Source of the DNA: Epithemia pelagica
Lineage: Eukaryota; Protista; Bacillariophyta
Length of the DNA: 64,000 nucleotides
Assembly (NCBI GenBank): GCA_946965045.2
Contig: OX337242.1
Coordinates: forward strand, 1,674,001-1,738,000
Direction: 5' to 3'
The translations under genes were made by a program, and so were the position numbers. Under the pieces are notes generated by a model. It was not told the origin of the DNA. It searched no databases and saw only the letters and a list, made by a program, of their open reading frames with translations. Below, piece by piece: positions 21,269 through 32,134 of the stretch (position 1 is the stretch's first letter; every line of letters starts with the position of its first letter).

Positions 21269-24004
21269 TTATCGTACAATGACTCGTAGTAGCTTTTGAA
21301 GCAATTGTAGGTGAAACACCAACGTGGAACAGTCCTCGTATGGAGCATTCTTGTCACCCATGTGCCACCAAGTGTTGGTTGTGCTGGTGTTCGAAACGTC
21401 GATTGGTGGCAGTCCAAACACGGGGATTCGTCGAGGCATCCACCCGTGAGAAGATGGGTATGGGTTGTTGCGGTCAAGGTGGTTGCTTGGTTCGAGCGAT
21501 TGCAGCCACAAGGTCCGGTGCGGGTCCATCAACAGTGACGAATTACCGTTTAGACTGGGGGCGTCATTGTCGTCTTGATATAGATCTTGGAGCAGTGTTG
21601 GTGTATCCACCGCCGAGTCTACCTGCTTCTCAGGAGTTGAAACCGTCCACCACCATTGCCACCAGTCGTGGTTTGGGTGTTGTTCCACAAGACGGGTCCA
21701 GTCGTCAGGGGTGTAGCTCGTTTGTTGCAGTATGGTGTCACAATACTTGGTTCGATGTTCGAGCCATGAATTCCACAAGTTGTCGTTGGAATGGGTCACA
21801 TTCGTGCTTCGCGTAGGAAGCATGGCCAACCATTCTTGGATCCATTCCATCGTGTGGTACAACTGCCAACGTGTCCAAACGGGACGAGGTTGGACCTTGT
21901 GTACCAAGGTTTCGAGTTGGTCTCGTGTGGTGGTGGGTCCCAGCCAGGGCGCCGCCTGTACTCCCAATCGTGCCGTGACAAAGGCTTCCAAGACTAGAGT
22001 GGGAAACCACGTGACACTAGGAATGTGGTTCCAATCCAAATTGGCAAACAAACTGGGTGCTTCGTCCTCATTGGGAGCGGTTTTAAGGGAGTCCTCACGA
22101 TAGGAGTTTTCGTGATGGTGTAGTTGATTAAATTGTCCTTCTTGTCGTTGCTGTTGTTGCACTAATGACCGTGGTTGTGCATCCACGTCTTCAGATCCTG
22201 ACGACAGGAAAGATGACGAGGATGACGACAAGAACCAGGGACACTGGTGCGTCACTGCCATTGGCAGTCCTTCTTCTTCTCCTCCTTCTTTTCGTTCTTG
22301 CAAGAGACTGGCGGGATGAAGCACTTGAAATCCAATGTACAATCCCCAATACTGTGCATTCCATTGTTGTGGAAGTGGATTCAAGGGAACAATCCACTCG
22401 TCCCAGTGGTGGGACTGTGGATTGTCCTTATTGTTGTTGTTGGGGAGTGTGGATTCTGATTCTTGTGAGTTGTTGTTGTGATGATGAGAATGAGGATTCC
22501 ACAGTGGTGGTCGAGGGTTGGTAAGATTGGTGACATTTCCCACCGGACAATGACGCAACAAGTGAATGGTATGAAGAAAGCGATCCAAATGATGGTCCCA
22601 GTACTCCTCCTCCTCCTCGTCGTCATTTTCAGTATTGCATGTGGAGTCATTGTTCTTTTTGGGTGGTGGTGGTGGTGGTGGTGGTTGGATCGTCATGTTG
22701 CGGTCGTTCTTGGTTTGGTAGCTTCTGTTGTCGGTCGGTACTATAAGCTCGGAGGGAGACTCTGTTGGTTTCTTTGAGTTTGAGCTGCGTTGGATCGTTT
22801 CACAATAGTCTTGAAGGTGTTGCACCAAGACTGCGGGTGGTACTTTGCTGGTTTGTCGTTGTCCTTGTTGTTGGTGATGGGCCCACGCCCGGTCAAAGAC
22901 GTGTTGAATGGCTCGTCCCATGGCAATGCCCTTGGGACTGACAATGTAATCGCATCCTGCCAAGGCTGCCAATTCTGGCCAATAGTCGACATTGTCCGCA
23001 TTCAACAAATACAAGCTGCTGCTGCTACTGCTGGTCGTCTTGGTGGCAGTACGGCGGTTGTTGCCATGGTTGACACCATCTTGTGGTTTGGATTGTAGTT
23101 GTTGCTCCCCCTCCAAAGGAGGTGATGATGATGACGATTGTGCATGTCGTGATGAGACTGGGTCATGTCCCACAAGGACATGATTGCGTTGATAAATGGT
23201 AAAACGTTGGTTGGTGTAATCGACTTCGGTATAGACACGGTTGGCACCCAAAATTACACAATCTCCATCGCGACTGACAATGCCATGAATCAAACCTTGT
23301 TGTTCCAGATAGACCAATTGCCATTCGGCTTCAAAGGGTGCCACCATGTAGGACTGCGGACGGGTGTGTTGCAACCACCGAACCAGGTCATTCCACAAGT
23401 CTGCGGTGGGTACCGACAAGGTTTTGCAGTGTCGCCAGAGGGTCGTTCGACGTATTCTTTGGAGGTGGTCTCTCTCGTCCTTGTCGTCGTCGTCGTCGAC
23501 CATGTCCTCTTCAATTCGTGGAGGATCGGTTCCGTACAAGAGTTGCTGGAGTTCCAGACGTGCCTTGTCACGGGCTTGACGACGTTGGACATGAGCGACC
23601 GTTTGTTTCATGGGATGATGGGTGATTCCATCCAAGACCAAAAAGGGTTGAATGCCATGCCGTTCCAATTGCTCCAATTCCCATTGCAACTGACCAATGA
23701 CCAAACCGGATGTCCAAGAGGACACGGTCAAGTGCCTTGTAGTGGTGGTGTTCGTGGTAGAAATGGCAATCGTTAAAGTGGTATTCTTCCAGATGCTGTG
23801 GCACTCTTGATTCCACACCAACCAATCTTGTTTGAGAATCTTGTGGACTGTAATCGACACATCCAATCCCAAGGTAAGGCCTTTGGCATGATCAAAGGGG
23901 ACCTTGCAACGATCCTTTAATCCAGCCAATCCTCGACTCCACAAACCATTGACGGAATAATAGAGAACCATCCATGAGACCCAACCACCACCACGGCCCA
24001 TCAT
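21269..24004 (-). CDS. XPG/Rad2-superfamily (Exo1-like) 5' nuclease with a long low-complexity C-terminus
   Basis: XPG-N (LDVS, VLDG..HHPMK), XPG-I (APFEAEWQL, SRDGDC) and H3TH (LAGCDY...KGIAMGRA); acidic catalytic positions are retained. Confidence 0.8.
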   Translation of the reverse strand: MMGRGGGWVSWMVLYYSVNGLWSRGLAGLKDRCKVPFDHAKGLTLGLDVSITVHKILKQDWLVWNQECHSIWKNTTLTIAISTTNTTTTRHLTVSSWTSGLVIGQLQWELEQLERHGIQPFLVLDGITHHPMKQTVAHVQRRQARDKARLELQQLLYGTDPPRIEEDMVDDDDDKDERDHLQRIRRTTLWRHCKTLSVPTADLWNDLVRWLQHTRPQSYMVAPFEAEWQLVYLEQQGLIHGIVSRDGDCVILGANRVYTEVDYTNQRFTIYQRNHVLVGHDPVSSRHAQSSSSSPPLEGEQQLQSKPQDGVNHGNNRRTATKTTSSSSSSLYLLNADNVDYWPELAALAGCDYIVSPKGIAMGRAIQHVFDRAWAHHQQQGQRQTSKVPPAVLVQHLQDYCETIQRSSNSKKPTESPSELIVPTDNRSYQTKNDRNMTIQPPPPPPPPKKNNDSTCNTENDDEEEEEYWDHHLDRFLHTIHLLRHCPVGNVTNLTNPRPPLWNPHSHHHNNNSQESESTLPNNNNKDNPQSHHWDEWIVPLNPLPQQWNAQYWGLYIGFQVLHPASLLQERKEGGEEEGLPMAVTHQCPWFLSSSSSSFLSSGSEDVDAQPRSLVQQQQRQEGQFNQLHHHENSYREDSLKTAPNEDEAPSLFANLDWNHIPSVTWFPTLVLEAFVTARLGVQAAPWLGPTTTRDQLETLVHKVQPRPVWTRWQLYHTMEWIQEWLAMLPTRSTNVTHSNDNLWNSWLEHRTKYCDTILQQTSYTPDDWTRLVEQHPNHDWWQWWWTVSTPEKQVDSAVDTPTLLQDLYQDDNDAPSLNGNSSLLMDPHRTLWLQSLEPSNHLDRNNPYPSSHGWMPRRIPVFGLPPIDVSNTSTTNTWWHMGDKNAPYEDCSTLVFHLQLLQKLLRVIVR

Positions 24005-24636
24005 GTTGTTGGTCGCCGTCCGTCCTCAGTCACCACAAAATCGCACCAACTTGCTTCGCCTTGTTTTGTCACTCTCCCATCAATTGCGCCGTTGGAGATC
24101 ACCTTCCAAGATTCTCCTCGCCGGTTTCATTCCGTTTCCACCATTGTCGTCTTCTCTTTTGTTCTACAGGAGGGGGAGAGAATCTTTGGCGCATTGTGAT
24201 TGTGGGCATCTACTGTATCTTATATCCGCGAATAAAAAGCGTCCTATTGTTGTAAGCGATCTAAGTGCGATATATCTCTTTCCTGCCATATCGCACCGCC
24301 GGGCGCGTCGGTGGGCGCTAATGTTCACTGATGGCTGATGGGCACGAGTACGACGGGCAACGGGCACCACATTACCGCCTCGTCACTCGTCGTTGACCGA
24401 TGCCCAACCTTCATTTTTTCGGTGCATTATATTTTGCTGCTTGCTGCATCTCAATCGGTATCGCGTCAGTGCTGCATAGATGCAAGCCTCTCTCTGTTTG
24501 GACACTGATACCGATGGTTATTGTTGCATCTTTTTACACTGATACCGCGGGTTATGAAAAGTCACAAAAGTCACAAAGAGTCATGTTCTTCAGTACTCAT
24601 CAGATATGGAAAAGTGTTTTGAGTGCACCACGAGAT

Positions 24637-24704
24637 TGTTGTTTTCCTTACTAGCGAGTAAAGAAAAGGACTCTTGTTGCAAAATTGTGTGTCTACGGTG
24701 TTAG
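24637..24704. repeat. 68-bp exact copy of the outer copia leader (44826..44893)
   Basis: TGTTGTTTTCC...TACGGTGTTAG is identical at both sites and in the same orientation; the flanks are unrelated. Confidence 0.95.
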
Positions 24705-24939
24705 CTAGTAACGGGGACGAAAAAGAAACATTAGTAGCTAGTGCATTCTTACAGTTTACGAAACAGTAGTGATACTGTAAATGATTCGTCTTCTAAGGAC
24801 TCCATACTATATGGTATTTATTTCAGGGAGATTCATCTGACATTTTCATCATTATTTTGATACAGTAAAGCGCAACACAAAGGCGCTTCACTATCAATGC
24901 ATCAAATCGTAACCAATTCCATACCATGTGCGATCATTA

Positions 24940-27093
24940 TTAAGTCATCGTCAACAGCAAAGTCACCATGATAGTACCAAGGGTGGCAACATTGCGAATG
25001 ACGTGAGCATCGGATCCACTTCCAATATCAGGGGGACTTGAAATGCAGTTTTGGCAGTTGAAGAGACCTTTGGGGTCAACCTTTGCCTTGATCTCTTGCA
25101 AGCGCTTGAGCCTCTGGGTGCCATATATAGCTTCTTGTGGAGAAAAACATTTCTCGGCCCTCTCTTCCCATGTCCAATTGGCAGGACAAGGTTTGGTCCA
25201 ATCCGACTTGATTGGCCCCGCGGCATCCGCGCTCAGATGGTTTGAGCCAAAAAGGCCAGGAAAGTCGCCACCAACAAAATCCGTTCCACCAAATATCAGC
25301 TCAAAATATTTGGGATCCGTATCTTCCGCAAATATCATAAAAGCTGCATCACGATGAGGCTGAGAAAGAGAATTTGCCTGGTCACTAGTACCATCAGCGT
25401 GTGCAAAGTACAGTGCATCCACAAAAGTAGAGTAATCCAGTGCAGCCAGATCTTCAATAATATCCAGAGCCTTCTGCTTTGGAATTAGCACAGGCAAAAG
25501 TCCTCCAGTATACTGGTTCCAGGTAGGTGGTGGACTATCCATCCCCAAGCCTGCCAAACGATGACCTTCAGGATAAAGGATAACCGTAAGATAATCGGCT
25601 TGAATAGTGGCCGTAGTCATGTTTGCAGCGGCCCAGTCGACCAGTGCTTCTGGCAGTCCCATTTCATTTATCATGACTGAGCGTTGTTCATTGACCCGAG
25701 TCGTCCATGCTGACATCACAGCTTCTACAGCATCTCCAAAGCAAAAGAAAACACTACCCGCAGGTTTTCCACATTTGAGACCTTGTTCCGCGGTGACACC
25801 TGTCACTGAATCAGGATCCAACATGATGTCCAAGAAGAAACGATGCCAGACTGTTGTAAGCTTTGAGAATGTTGGCAAGCACGTGGGTTCCGTACTATTG
25901 CAAAAATTAATAAAATCCTCAGTAGAAATTTCAATCTCCGCAACGGTCCCGGGATAGGTTTGCAACTGGAGATGGGTCGAGACAACGATGCCCCATGTTC
26001 CGCCTCCTCCACCACGGACTGCAAACCACAAGTCATCAAAATTGATATCGTTGGCGCAAGCCTCCCAGACATATTCCGATTCATCATCAGTGAAAGGGTT
26101 GCTGTTACACACACCGCTAACTTTGGTTGTCTTGGGGTACCTGTATCCATCTGCGTCTTCCCATTCGGTGGGACCAAACTTGACATGAGAACCATCCGCC
26201 AAAACCATTTCAAGTTGGAGGACTTGATCGGCACCAAAACCGAATGTACGACCCATTTGGGTTCCACCCAAACCTCCTTGCCAAGTCCATCCCATTGGAG
26301 TGACAGTCGCGGCCGCACCTCCAACAGGATGATACTTATAAACGCCAGCGTTATCATTGAAGGTCTTCACAGCTGTGTAAAACTCACCAAAGTTCTCCCC
26401 GCCTCCAACACGAATAGTGGCGGGGCAATTTCGAGCTAAGGCCAGCTTACACGCCTGATTGTCCAGATCAGCGCTAATGTCCCCATCTTCCGGGGTACAT
26501 TCTTCCAAGCTGGTTGCAGAAAACTTGGGCAAGGAGGGAGTATGAATCAAGATAGTGTCTTTCTTGGTAGATGCGCCTGCGTAATTATGACCACTGTTCT
26601 TAACAGAAAGTTCCACGCCGTTCTCGGCCGCAAAATTCACCGCTTCCACAATGTCAGAAACGGTCACTGGCTGCACTACCTTGAAAGGGACATTGAAACG
26701 ATAGTTGTTTGGATCCAGGAGTACGTCTATTGCTTCTTGTGGCGCTGGTTGACCGGGAATTCCATTGAACTCAAGAAATTCGCCATAGGTAGTTGCATTA
26801 GAGGGACTACACATTTTGTATCCACAGACTGCAAAGTGCATGCATAGTCCTGATGGTTTGGCAACGAGATCATGTTGCGAAAGTTCCCCAATGGGAGTGT
26901 TGAGAAAGGTTTCGGTACACTCTTCAATGTATTTTGCAGTGGATGCATCCACAAGGGCACTGGAAGAACTGAGCTTTGAAGCAAGACCATCCCAGTCCAG
27001 ATCCGACAGGCTGGCTTGAGCCTGGAAAATGGACGCTGACATAACAATCAGAAGGAAGGTCTTTGAAGACGAAAAAGAAATCGGGTTCAACAT
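24940..27093 (-). CDS. Secreted berberine-bridge-enzyme-like FAD-linked oxidoreductase, probably GPI- or tail-anchored
   Basis: Signal peptide, FAD-binding motifs (SVKNSGHNYAG, GGGEN, AVRGGGGGTWGIV), BBE C-terminus (IKAKVDPKGLFNC) and a hydrophobic C-terminal tail. Confidence 0.88.
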   Translation of the reverse strand: MLNPISFSSSKTFLLIVMSASIFQAQASLSDLDWDGLASKLSSSSALVDASTAKYIEECTETFLNTPIGELSQHDLVAKPSGLCMHFAVCGYKMCSPSNATTYGEFLEFNGIPGQPAPQEAIDVLLDPNNYRFNVPFKVVQPVTVSDIVEAVNFAAENGVELSVKNSGHNYAGASTKKDTILIHTPSLPKFSATSLEECTPEDGDISADLDNQACKLALARNCPATIRVGGGENFGEFYTAVKTFNDNAGVYKYHPVGGAAATVTPMGWTWQGGLGGTQMGRTFGFGADQVLQLEMVLADGSHVKFGPTEWEDADGYRYPKTTKVSGVCNSNPFTDDESEYVWEACANDINFDDLWFAVRGGGGGTWGIVVSTHLQLQTYPGTVAEIEISTEDFINFCNSTEPTCLPTFSKLTTVWHRFFLDIMLDPDSVTGVTAEQGLKCGKPAGSVFFCFGDAVEAVMSAWTTRVNEQRSVMINEMGLPEALVDWAAANMTTATIQADYLTVILYPEGHRLAGLGMDSPPPTWNQYTGGLLPVLIPKQKALDIIEDLAALDYSTFVDALYFAHADGTSDQANSLSQPHRDAAFMIFAEDTDPKYFELIFGGTDFVGGDFPGLFGSNHLSADAAGPIKSDWTKPCPANWTWEERAEKCFSPQEAIYGTQRLKRLQEIKAKVDPKGLFNCQNCISSPPDIGSGSDAHVIRNVATLGTIMVTLLLTMT

Positions 27094-27680
27094 GGTCCGG
27101 TGAAGAATGCTAGTATGTTTCTGAGAATTTTAGAAGACTTTCAAAGGTTAGCTTGGGTATTTTCAACTTTCAAGATAACAAAGAAGCCTCCCACAAATTG
27201 TTTGTAACAAGAGCAAATGAAAGCTCGATATTGTGCAATAATTCTGCGTACCTTTCGAGACTCCCAATCCAGCAAGCAATCGGCCAGAAAGAAGAAGCGA
27301 AGATTTGCTTGTTTCAACGCTTTGTTTGAAAGATTTTTGAGATCATCAATGATTGCGATGTGTCTTTGAAGATTGCACAAAATGACCGAGTGCGATCGCA
27401 GTTTGTGTCGTTCGGGCGAGAGAGCATTACCAGTTTCATGGCCGGCAACCAAGGCAATCCCATTCAACTTACCAGTGATTCGGCTACCGATTGGATCTTT
27501 TCCGCGACACAATTTCCGCAATCTCTCGGCCGTCGACCGGACCGAACCGTGGTACCCATGCGATCATTTTTCATTTTGGCTTCGGGAGAACAATGCAACC
27601 ACGCATCTCCATCCGTTTCGAGATAGTTCAATCCCTCTGGTCCTGTGGGTTTCAGCCCTCGCACATCAACATTAACGGAT

Positions 27681-27832
27681 TTACTTCTTTTCATCATCGT
27701 CGTCATCATCGTCAGGAATGAGTTTGTCCGGATCTTCATCCAAAAGTTCGGCCAATTCTTCTTCCCGGGTACGGCCCGGAAACTGGAATGCACCAAGGTT
27801 TCATCCAAATCCAAGACCAAACACTTTTTGGT
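27681..27832 (-). pseudogene. Chimeric relic: ~23 codons of an FCP1/SCP (CTD small phosphatase) domain joined out of frame to an acidic C-terminal tail
   Basis: KKCLVLDLDETLVHSSFRAVPG (DxDxT motif) breaks at ~27763. Another frame then reads EELAELLDEDPDKLIPDDDDDDEKK*. Confidence 0.7.
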
Positions 27833-27996
27833 CTAGAATATCCGAAGTCAACTCGAGCGCTTTTTGCTTCTTCTTTTTTTCTCCTTCTTTTTTCCCCTCT
27901 TCTTCTGCCAGATCCCCCTATATTTTCATTCCGACAATTGAGCCGATCCGGATACTCACGGAGCTCGCCATCGAAGATTTTGCCACAGTCTTGCCA

Positions 27997-28110
27997 TATT
28001 GTTATTGTTAATCATTGTTATTGTTATTGTTATTGTTATTGTTGTTATTGTTTTTATTGTTTTTATTGTTGTTATTGTTGTTATTGTTGTTATTGTTATT
28101 GTTATTGTTG
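27997..28110. repeat. Compound (TGT/TAT)n microsatellite
   Basis: Interspersed TTATTG/TTGTTG units read directly. Confidence 0.9.
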
Positions 28111-28502
28111 CTGTGTGCTTTTTGGGGCGTTGGGGTTGGGGGTTGGTGTGATACGAGCGACCAGGTGCGAGTGGAGGGGGTCTAGACTACATCAGGCCGG
28201 CGCGTTAGCGAACGGAAAGTAGAATACTTCCCGAAACCTAGGATGATAGATGAAAACTAAACTAGCCTTCACACTCTTTGCTGTTTCGGTTTTCTGATAC
28301 ACACCTACTAAGCCGTGTCTTTACCATCTGGTTCCGATTCCACCAAGGTTGCATCCGGAAGCTTTTTGAAATTTCGCCGCCAAGACGACGAGAATCGAAA
28401 AGCCGAAAGATCGAAAGATCTGGTGATCCTCCTCTTCCCTTCCCCCGCGGTAGCCTACAAGTCCAAGCCCAACAGCGAGTCCTTGTCCCTATTGCCCAAT
28501 AG

Positions 28503-30734
28503 TTGAAGATGAAGCTCTCCACCTTGTCCATCGCACCTCCTGTTGAAGACGTAGCCGAAGTGGGTACGACCGGATCCGGCCAAGAGACGAATAACAACGA
28601 CCTTAATCGCAGGGAGGAAAAACTGCGATTGCTGGTACAAAGCTTGGCCGAAGAAGTCTCGGAAAGGTTCGTGCCTGCCCCAACTGCAGACGAACGCACT
28701 GTTGATGCTATTAACGGCATCGGTGATTTCAAGACCCGTTGCCGATGGGCCGAGTTCTGGAGAAACGATCACAAGGATCGAGTGGAAACGGAGCAAGCCG
28801 TCTGGGCGAGCTACTACCACAACAATCCAACACTTCTCTCAGACGCCCAATGGGACCGCTCCCTCATGGACCCAGAGTGGCAGTGGCCCGACCCCTTCTC
28901 GAAGAAGAACTACGAAGAAGAACTTGAAGAAGAAGAAAAGAACTTATTCACATCTGGTTTTATGAGCGGCGTGAAACCTGAACACAAAAAGAAGAGCGCC
29001 CCCATCGGTTCAAACGAACTTGAATGCTTCCTAAAGCAAGTTGAAGAGGCTATCATAGCTGAATCCTTAGCCAACAAGAAGAATCGAAACGAGAACAAAC
29101 TCTCACTCGAGTTCAAGGACTTGCTAACCCAACTGAAAGAGCACGACATGGTCGTAATTCCAACGGACAAAACCAACTCCTTTACAATTATGTCTACACG
29201 TCAATACGCAAAAGAGATCAAGATCCACCTCTCCAAAAGCGCCGTCAAAATCCCAAAATCCAAACTCAGCGAAATCGTTGAAAACTGCTACGCATTCCTG
29301 ACCGAACTCGACCCCTACCTCTCCACCAACGAACGGAACTTCCTTAAGGAGAAAATCGAGTCGAAAGCAGTTCCCAATCCGAAAATCCTCGTTAAGAACC
29401 ACAAAAAACAAAACGCCGATGGTACATTCCCAACCCGCCTAGTTGTCCCAGCAACGAATTTCACGGCCGGCTTCCCCAAAATTGGTTACCTTGGAATCAA
29501 ACACCTCCTCGACAAACACGAAGTCGAGTATGGTTCCAAAAACATAATCCAATCATCCGATCTGAAACAGAAACTGGAATCCCTCTCCTTCAACATGTCC
29601 AACTCCACAATTGTGTCGGTAGACGCCGAAGCTATGTACCCGTCCATAAAATTCCAACTAATTTATGACGCGGTTCAATACTACGCTGAGGCTCTACCAC
29701 CCGAGACACACAGGACAATCAACCTTTGTTTGGATCTAATCTTCTTTGGCATGACCAACACGATTATTGCATTCAAAGATGAATACTTCCTATACGACGG
29801 TGATCTAAAACCGGAGGAAAGGGGGCTCACGATTGGAGGGTACGAGTCAGCCTGGCTAGCCGACCTCGTTATTTCGTTCCTACTCGAAGCAACCTACGAC
29901 GCCATGTTCGACCCGATGCACTACTTCGGGATCTACCAAGATGACGGTCTAGCCGTATTCAAAGGGAAACAATCGACTGAAGGAGTTCAAAAGTGGATCG
30001 AAGCTTTTCAACAAGACATCAACAACATCGCTGGCAATGATTTCTTGAAATTCACCGCCACCATTTGGGATCCATTGAACGAACACAACCTGGACTCCAT
30101 CACCAACAAATCAGTGTCAATTGAGAAAACACCAGCCTTTCCCTTCTTGGACATGGAAATGTTTTGGCACAACAACGGAAAATTTGCCTACAAAGTCCAT
30201 CTGAAACCGAACCAACAACTCAAATACCTCAACAGAGGTAGCGCTCACACCCCGGGATGCTTCAAAGCAATCCCAAACGGGGTGATGAAACGCCTGACGA
30301 AACTAACCTCGGTGGACGAAAGCAACCACGACTCCAGACTGGACGAACTCTACCCCGTCCATTTTGCAGCCCTGGAACACTCCAAGCTTGTCAAACCAAA
30401 CTCAACCCCCACCCTAGGCGAACTAGCCAAGAAAATGGAATCGGAAAAACTGGACACGGCCTCACAAGCTCTCAAAAAACGACGCGAGAGAGACCGCAAA
30501 CGAGCGATTTATTTTAAGATTGGGTATTCTGATTTTTGGAAGAAACCAATCCACAAGACGCTCAAGGAAATTAAAAGCCGGTTCCCGTCGTTGTCCTGGT
30601 TGAGGATCTCGATGTCCTATCACCGCTTCACCAACATCCGGGAGCACTTCCAGGGGGATCTCAACTCCAAGTTGAATGACGGCCTACGATCCTTGGACTT
30701 TGAGGATCTTGACTGTAACTGTCGGAACCGTGAA
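28503..30734 (+). mobile_element. Penelope-like element RT ORF, truncated before the GIY-YIG domain
   Basis: IPTDKTN, PKILVKNHK, SVDAEAMYP, GLTIGGYESAWLAD, YQDDG, FPFLDM, LKYLNRGSAH motifs. The ORF stops being PLE-like after DLDCNCR and runs into LTR sequence up to a stop at 30815. Confidence 0.88.
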
Positions 30735-30986
30735 GATATCGCTGCCTCTAAGTATCCTCTGATTCACTTAGGGCCATGGACCGTTATTACAATGGTCATG
30801 GGATCCCGTCCATAAGAAAGACAATCGTTACATAGGCATCGTCGCCTGGATCCATCGTTCGTCGTTTTGCATTTTGTGAAAGGCGGTTCGATGATGCGTT
30901 GGGCCTAATGGAGTCATGAGGTTTGCGTCTGCGGTCCCCCAAGGTCCCCATCGGTTACATATGCCCGCATGTACAATATTCGAACA
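30735..30986 (-). repeat. Outer copia 3' LTR, missing at least 30 bp at its outer end
   Basis: Matches 45007..45258 with two mismatches seen (30740/45012, 30864/45136). Confidence 0.92.
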
Positions 30987-31012
30987 CTCCCTCACGCAGC
31001 GTGAAAGTCTGA

Positions 31013-32134
31013 CTACCAGCTCATAATACGCGTGCGATTCCGCTTGAAGGTCTCTTTATCCAGTGCTTTGGTTAAAATATCCGCGGTCTGCAACTCCGTA
31101 TCGCAAGGGAGGATCGTAATCTCTTTCTTCTCTACGTAGGACTTGAAATGAAATAGCTTGGTACAGAGGTATCGGGTGCGTGGTCGATACTTATAGACCG
31201 TAACCAATTCGTAAGCTCCGTTATTGTCTTCAAAAGCTCGACAATGTACTCTGGGTTGTGTCGACAGCACAGGGAAGCCGAGCGATTTCATCTCCTTCGT
31301 AATGTTCATAAGTGGGATGACTGTACGCAATGAAGTAGAGAGACTGATAATTTCCGCTTCCGTTGTGGACAGTGCAATCTCGGACTGTAACTTTGATGCC
31401 CACACTATGGGACAGCCTCCATAAAAGATGACATATCCGGAACGGGATCGGGCCATGTCTGATCGTGGTGTATCTGTCTTGTTGAAGTTGCCACAAAAAT
31501 CGGCATCGGCATAAACGTCAAAATTTTCTTTGTCCGGTGGTTTGAGCACTAGTCCTCGTGATCGTGTACCAGCGAGGTAGCGCCCAATCTGCTTTAATGC
31601 TCGTCCGTGTACCTGCTTTGGATTCGCGGAAAAGCGTGCACATTGATGTACTGCGTAGGATATATCAGGTCGTGTACTTTTCTCGAGGAAATTCAGTTTC
31701 CCGATGACCGAGCGATAGTTGAAGTGTCCATCAAAGGGGTCCCCATCATCATCGGCGCGCATCTTCACTGTGGTTGCTGCCGGCACGTCGCGAGTATTCG
31801 TGTCCGCTGGTAACCGCAGGTCATCAAGGATAGCGTCGATCAGGCAAGTCTGGGAGAGGTGAAGATGTCCGGTCTCTTGTTTTGTAATGTTGACCCCAAG
31901 AAAATCTTCTACCCTGTCTTCATACGTAATCTTAAGCCCAATGTCCTGCATCTGAGTGATGATGTCGTCGAGTTCTTGTGGATCAGGCCCTGTCAAGATG
32001 GAGTCGTCTGTGTACAAGATATAGAGGCTGCGTCCTTTGTAGAAGACACATTCATCATGATCACTCTGTTTGAATCCCACTTGCTCCAATTGCTGTACCA
32101 GGTGTTTATTCCAGAGATCAGGCCCTGTCAAGAT
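31013..32134 (-). CDS. pol: Outer copia pol, 3' part (RT C-terminus and RNase H)
   Basis: YTDDSIL, YRSVIGKLNFL, TRPDISYAV, YADADF, IALSTTEAE, EDNNGA, TADILTK. Confidence 0.92.
   Translation of the reverse strand: MLTGPDLWNKHLVQQLEQVGFKQSDHDECVFYKGRSLYILYTDDSILTGPDPQELDDIITQMQDIGLKITYEDRVEDFLGVNITKQETGHLHLSQTCLIDAILDDLRLPADTNTRDVPAATTVKMRADDDGDPFDGHFNYRSVIGKLNFLEKSTRPDISYAVHQCARFSANPKQVHGRALKQIGRYLAGTRSRGLVLKPPDKENFDVYADADFCGNFNKTDTPRSDMARSRSGYVIFYGGCPIVWASKLQSEIALSTTEAEIISLSTSLRTVIPLMNITKEMKSLGFPVLSTQPRVHCRAFEDNNGAYELVTVYKYRPRTRYLCTKLFHFKSYVEKKEITILPCDTELQTADILTKALDKETFKRNRTRIMSW
31981..32115 (-). repeat. 135-bp in-frame duplicate of the RT segment containing YTDD (uninterrupted copy)
   Basis: Matches the split copy formed by 32116..32134 plus 40523..40638. 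Confidence 0.9.

Noticed and set aside
27840-28500. Hammerhead ribozyme expected near a Penelope-like element
   Set aside because: No CTGANGA core found by eye on either strand; an Infernal search would be needed to exclude variants.
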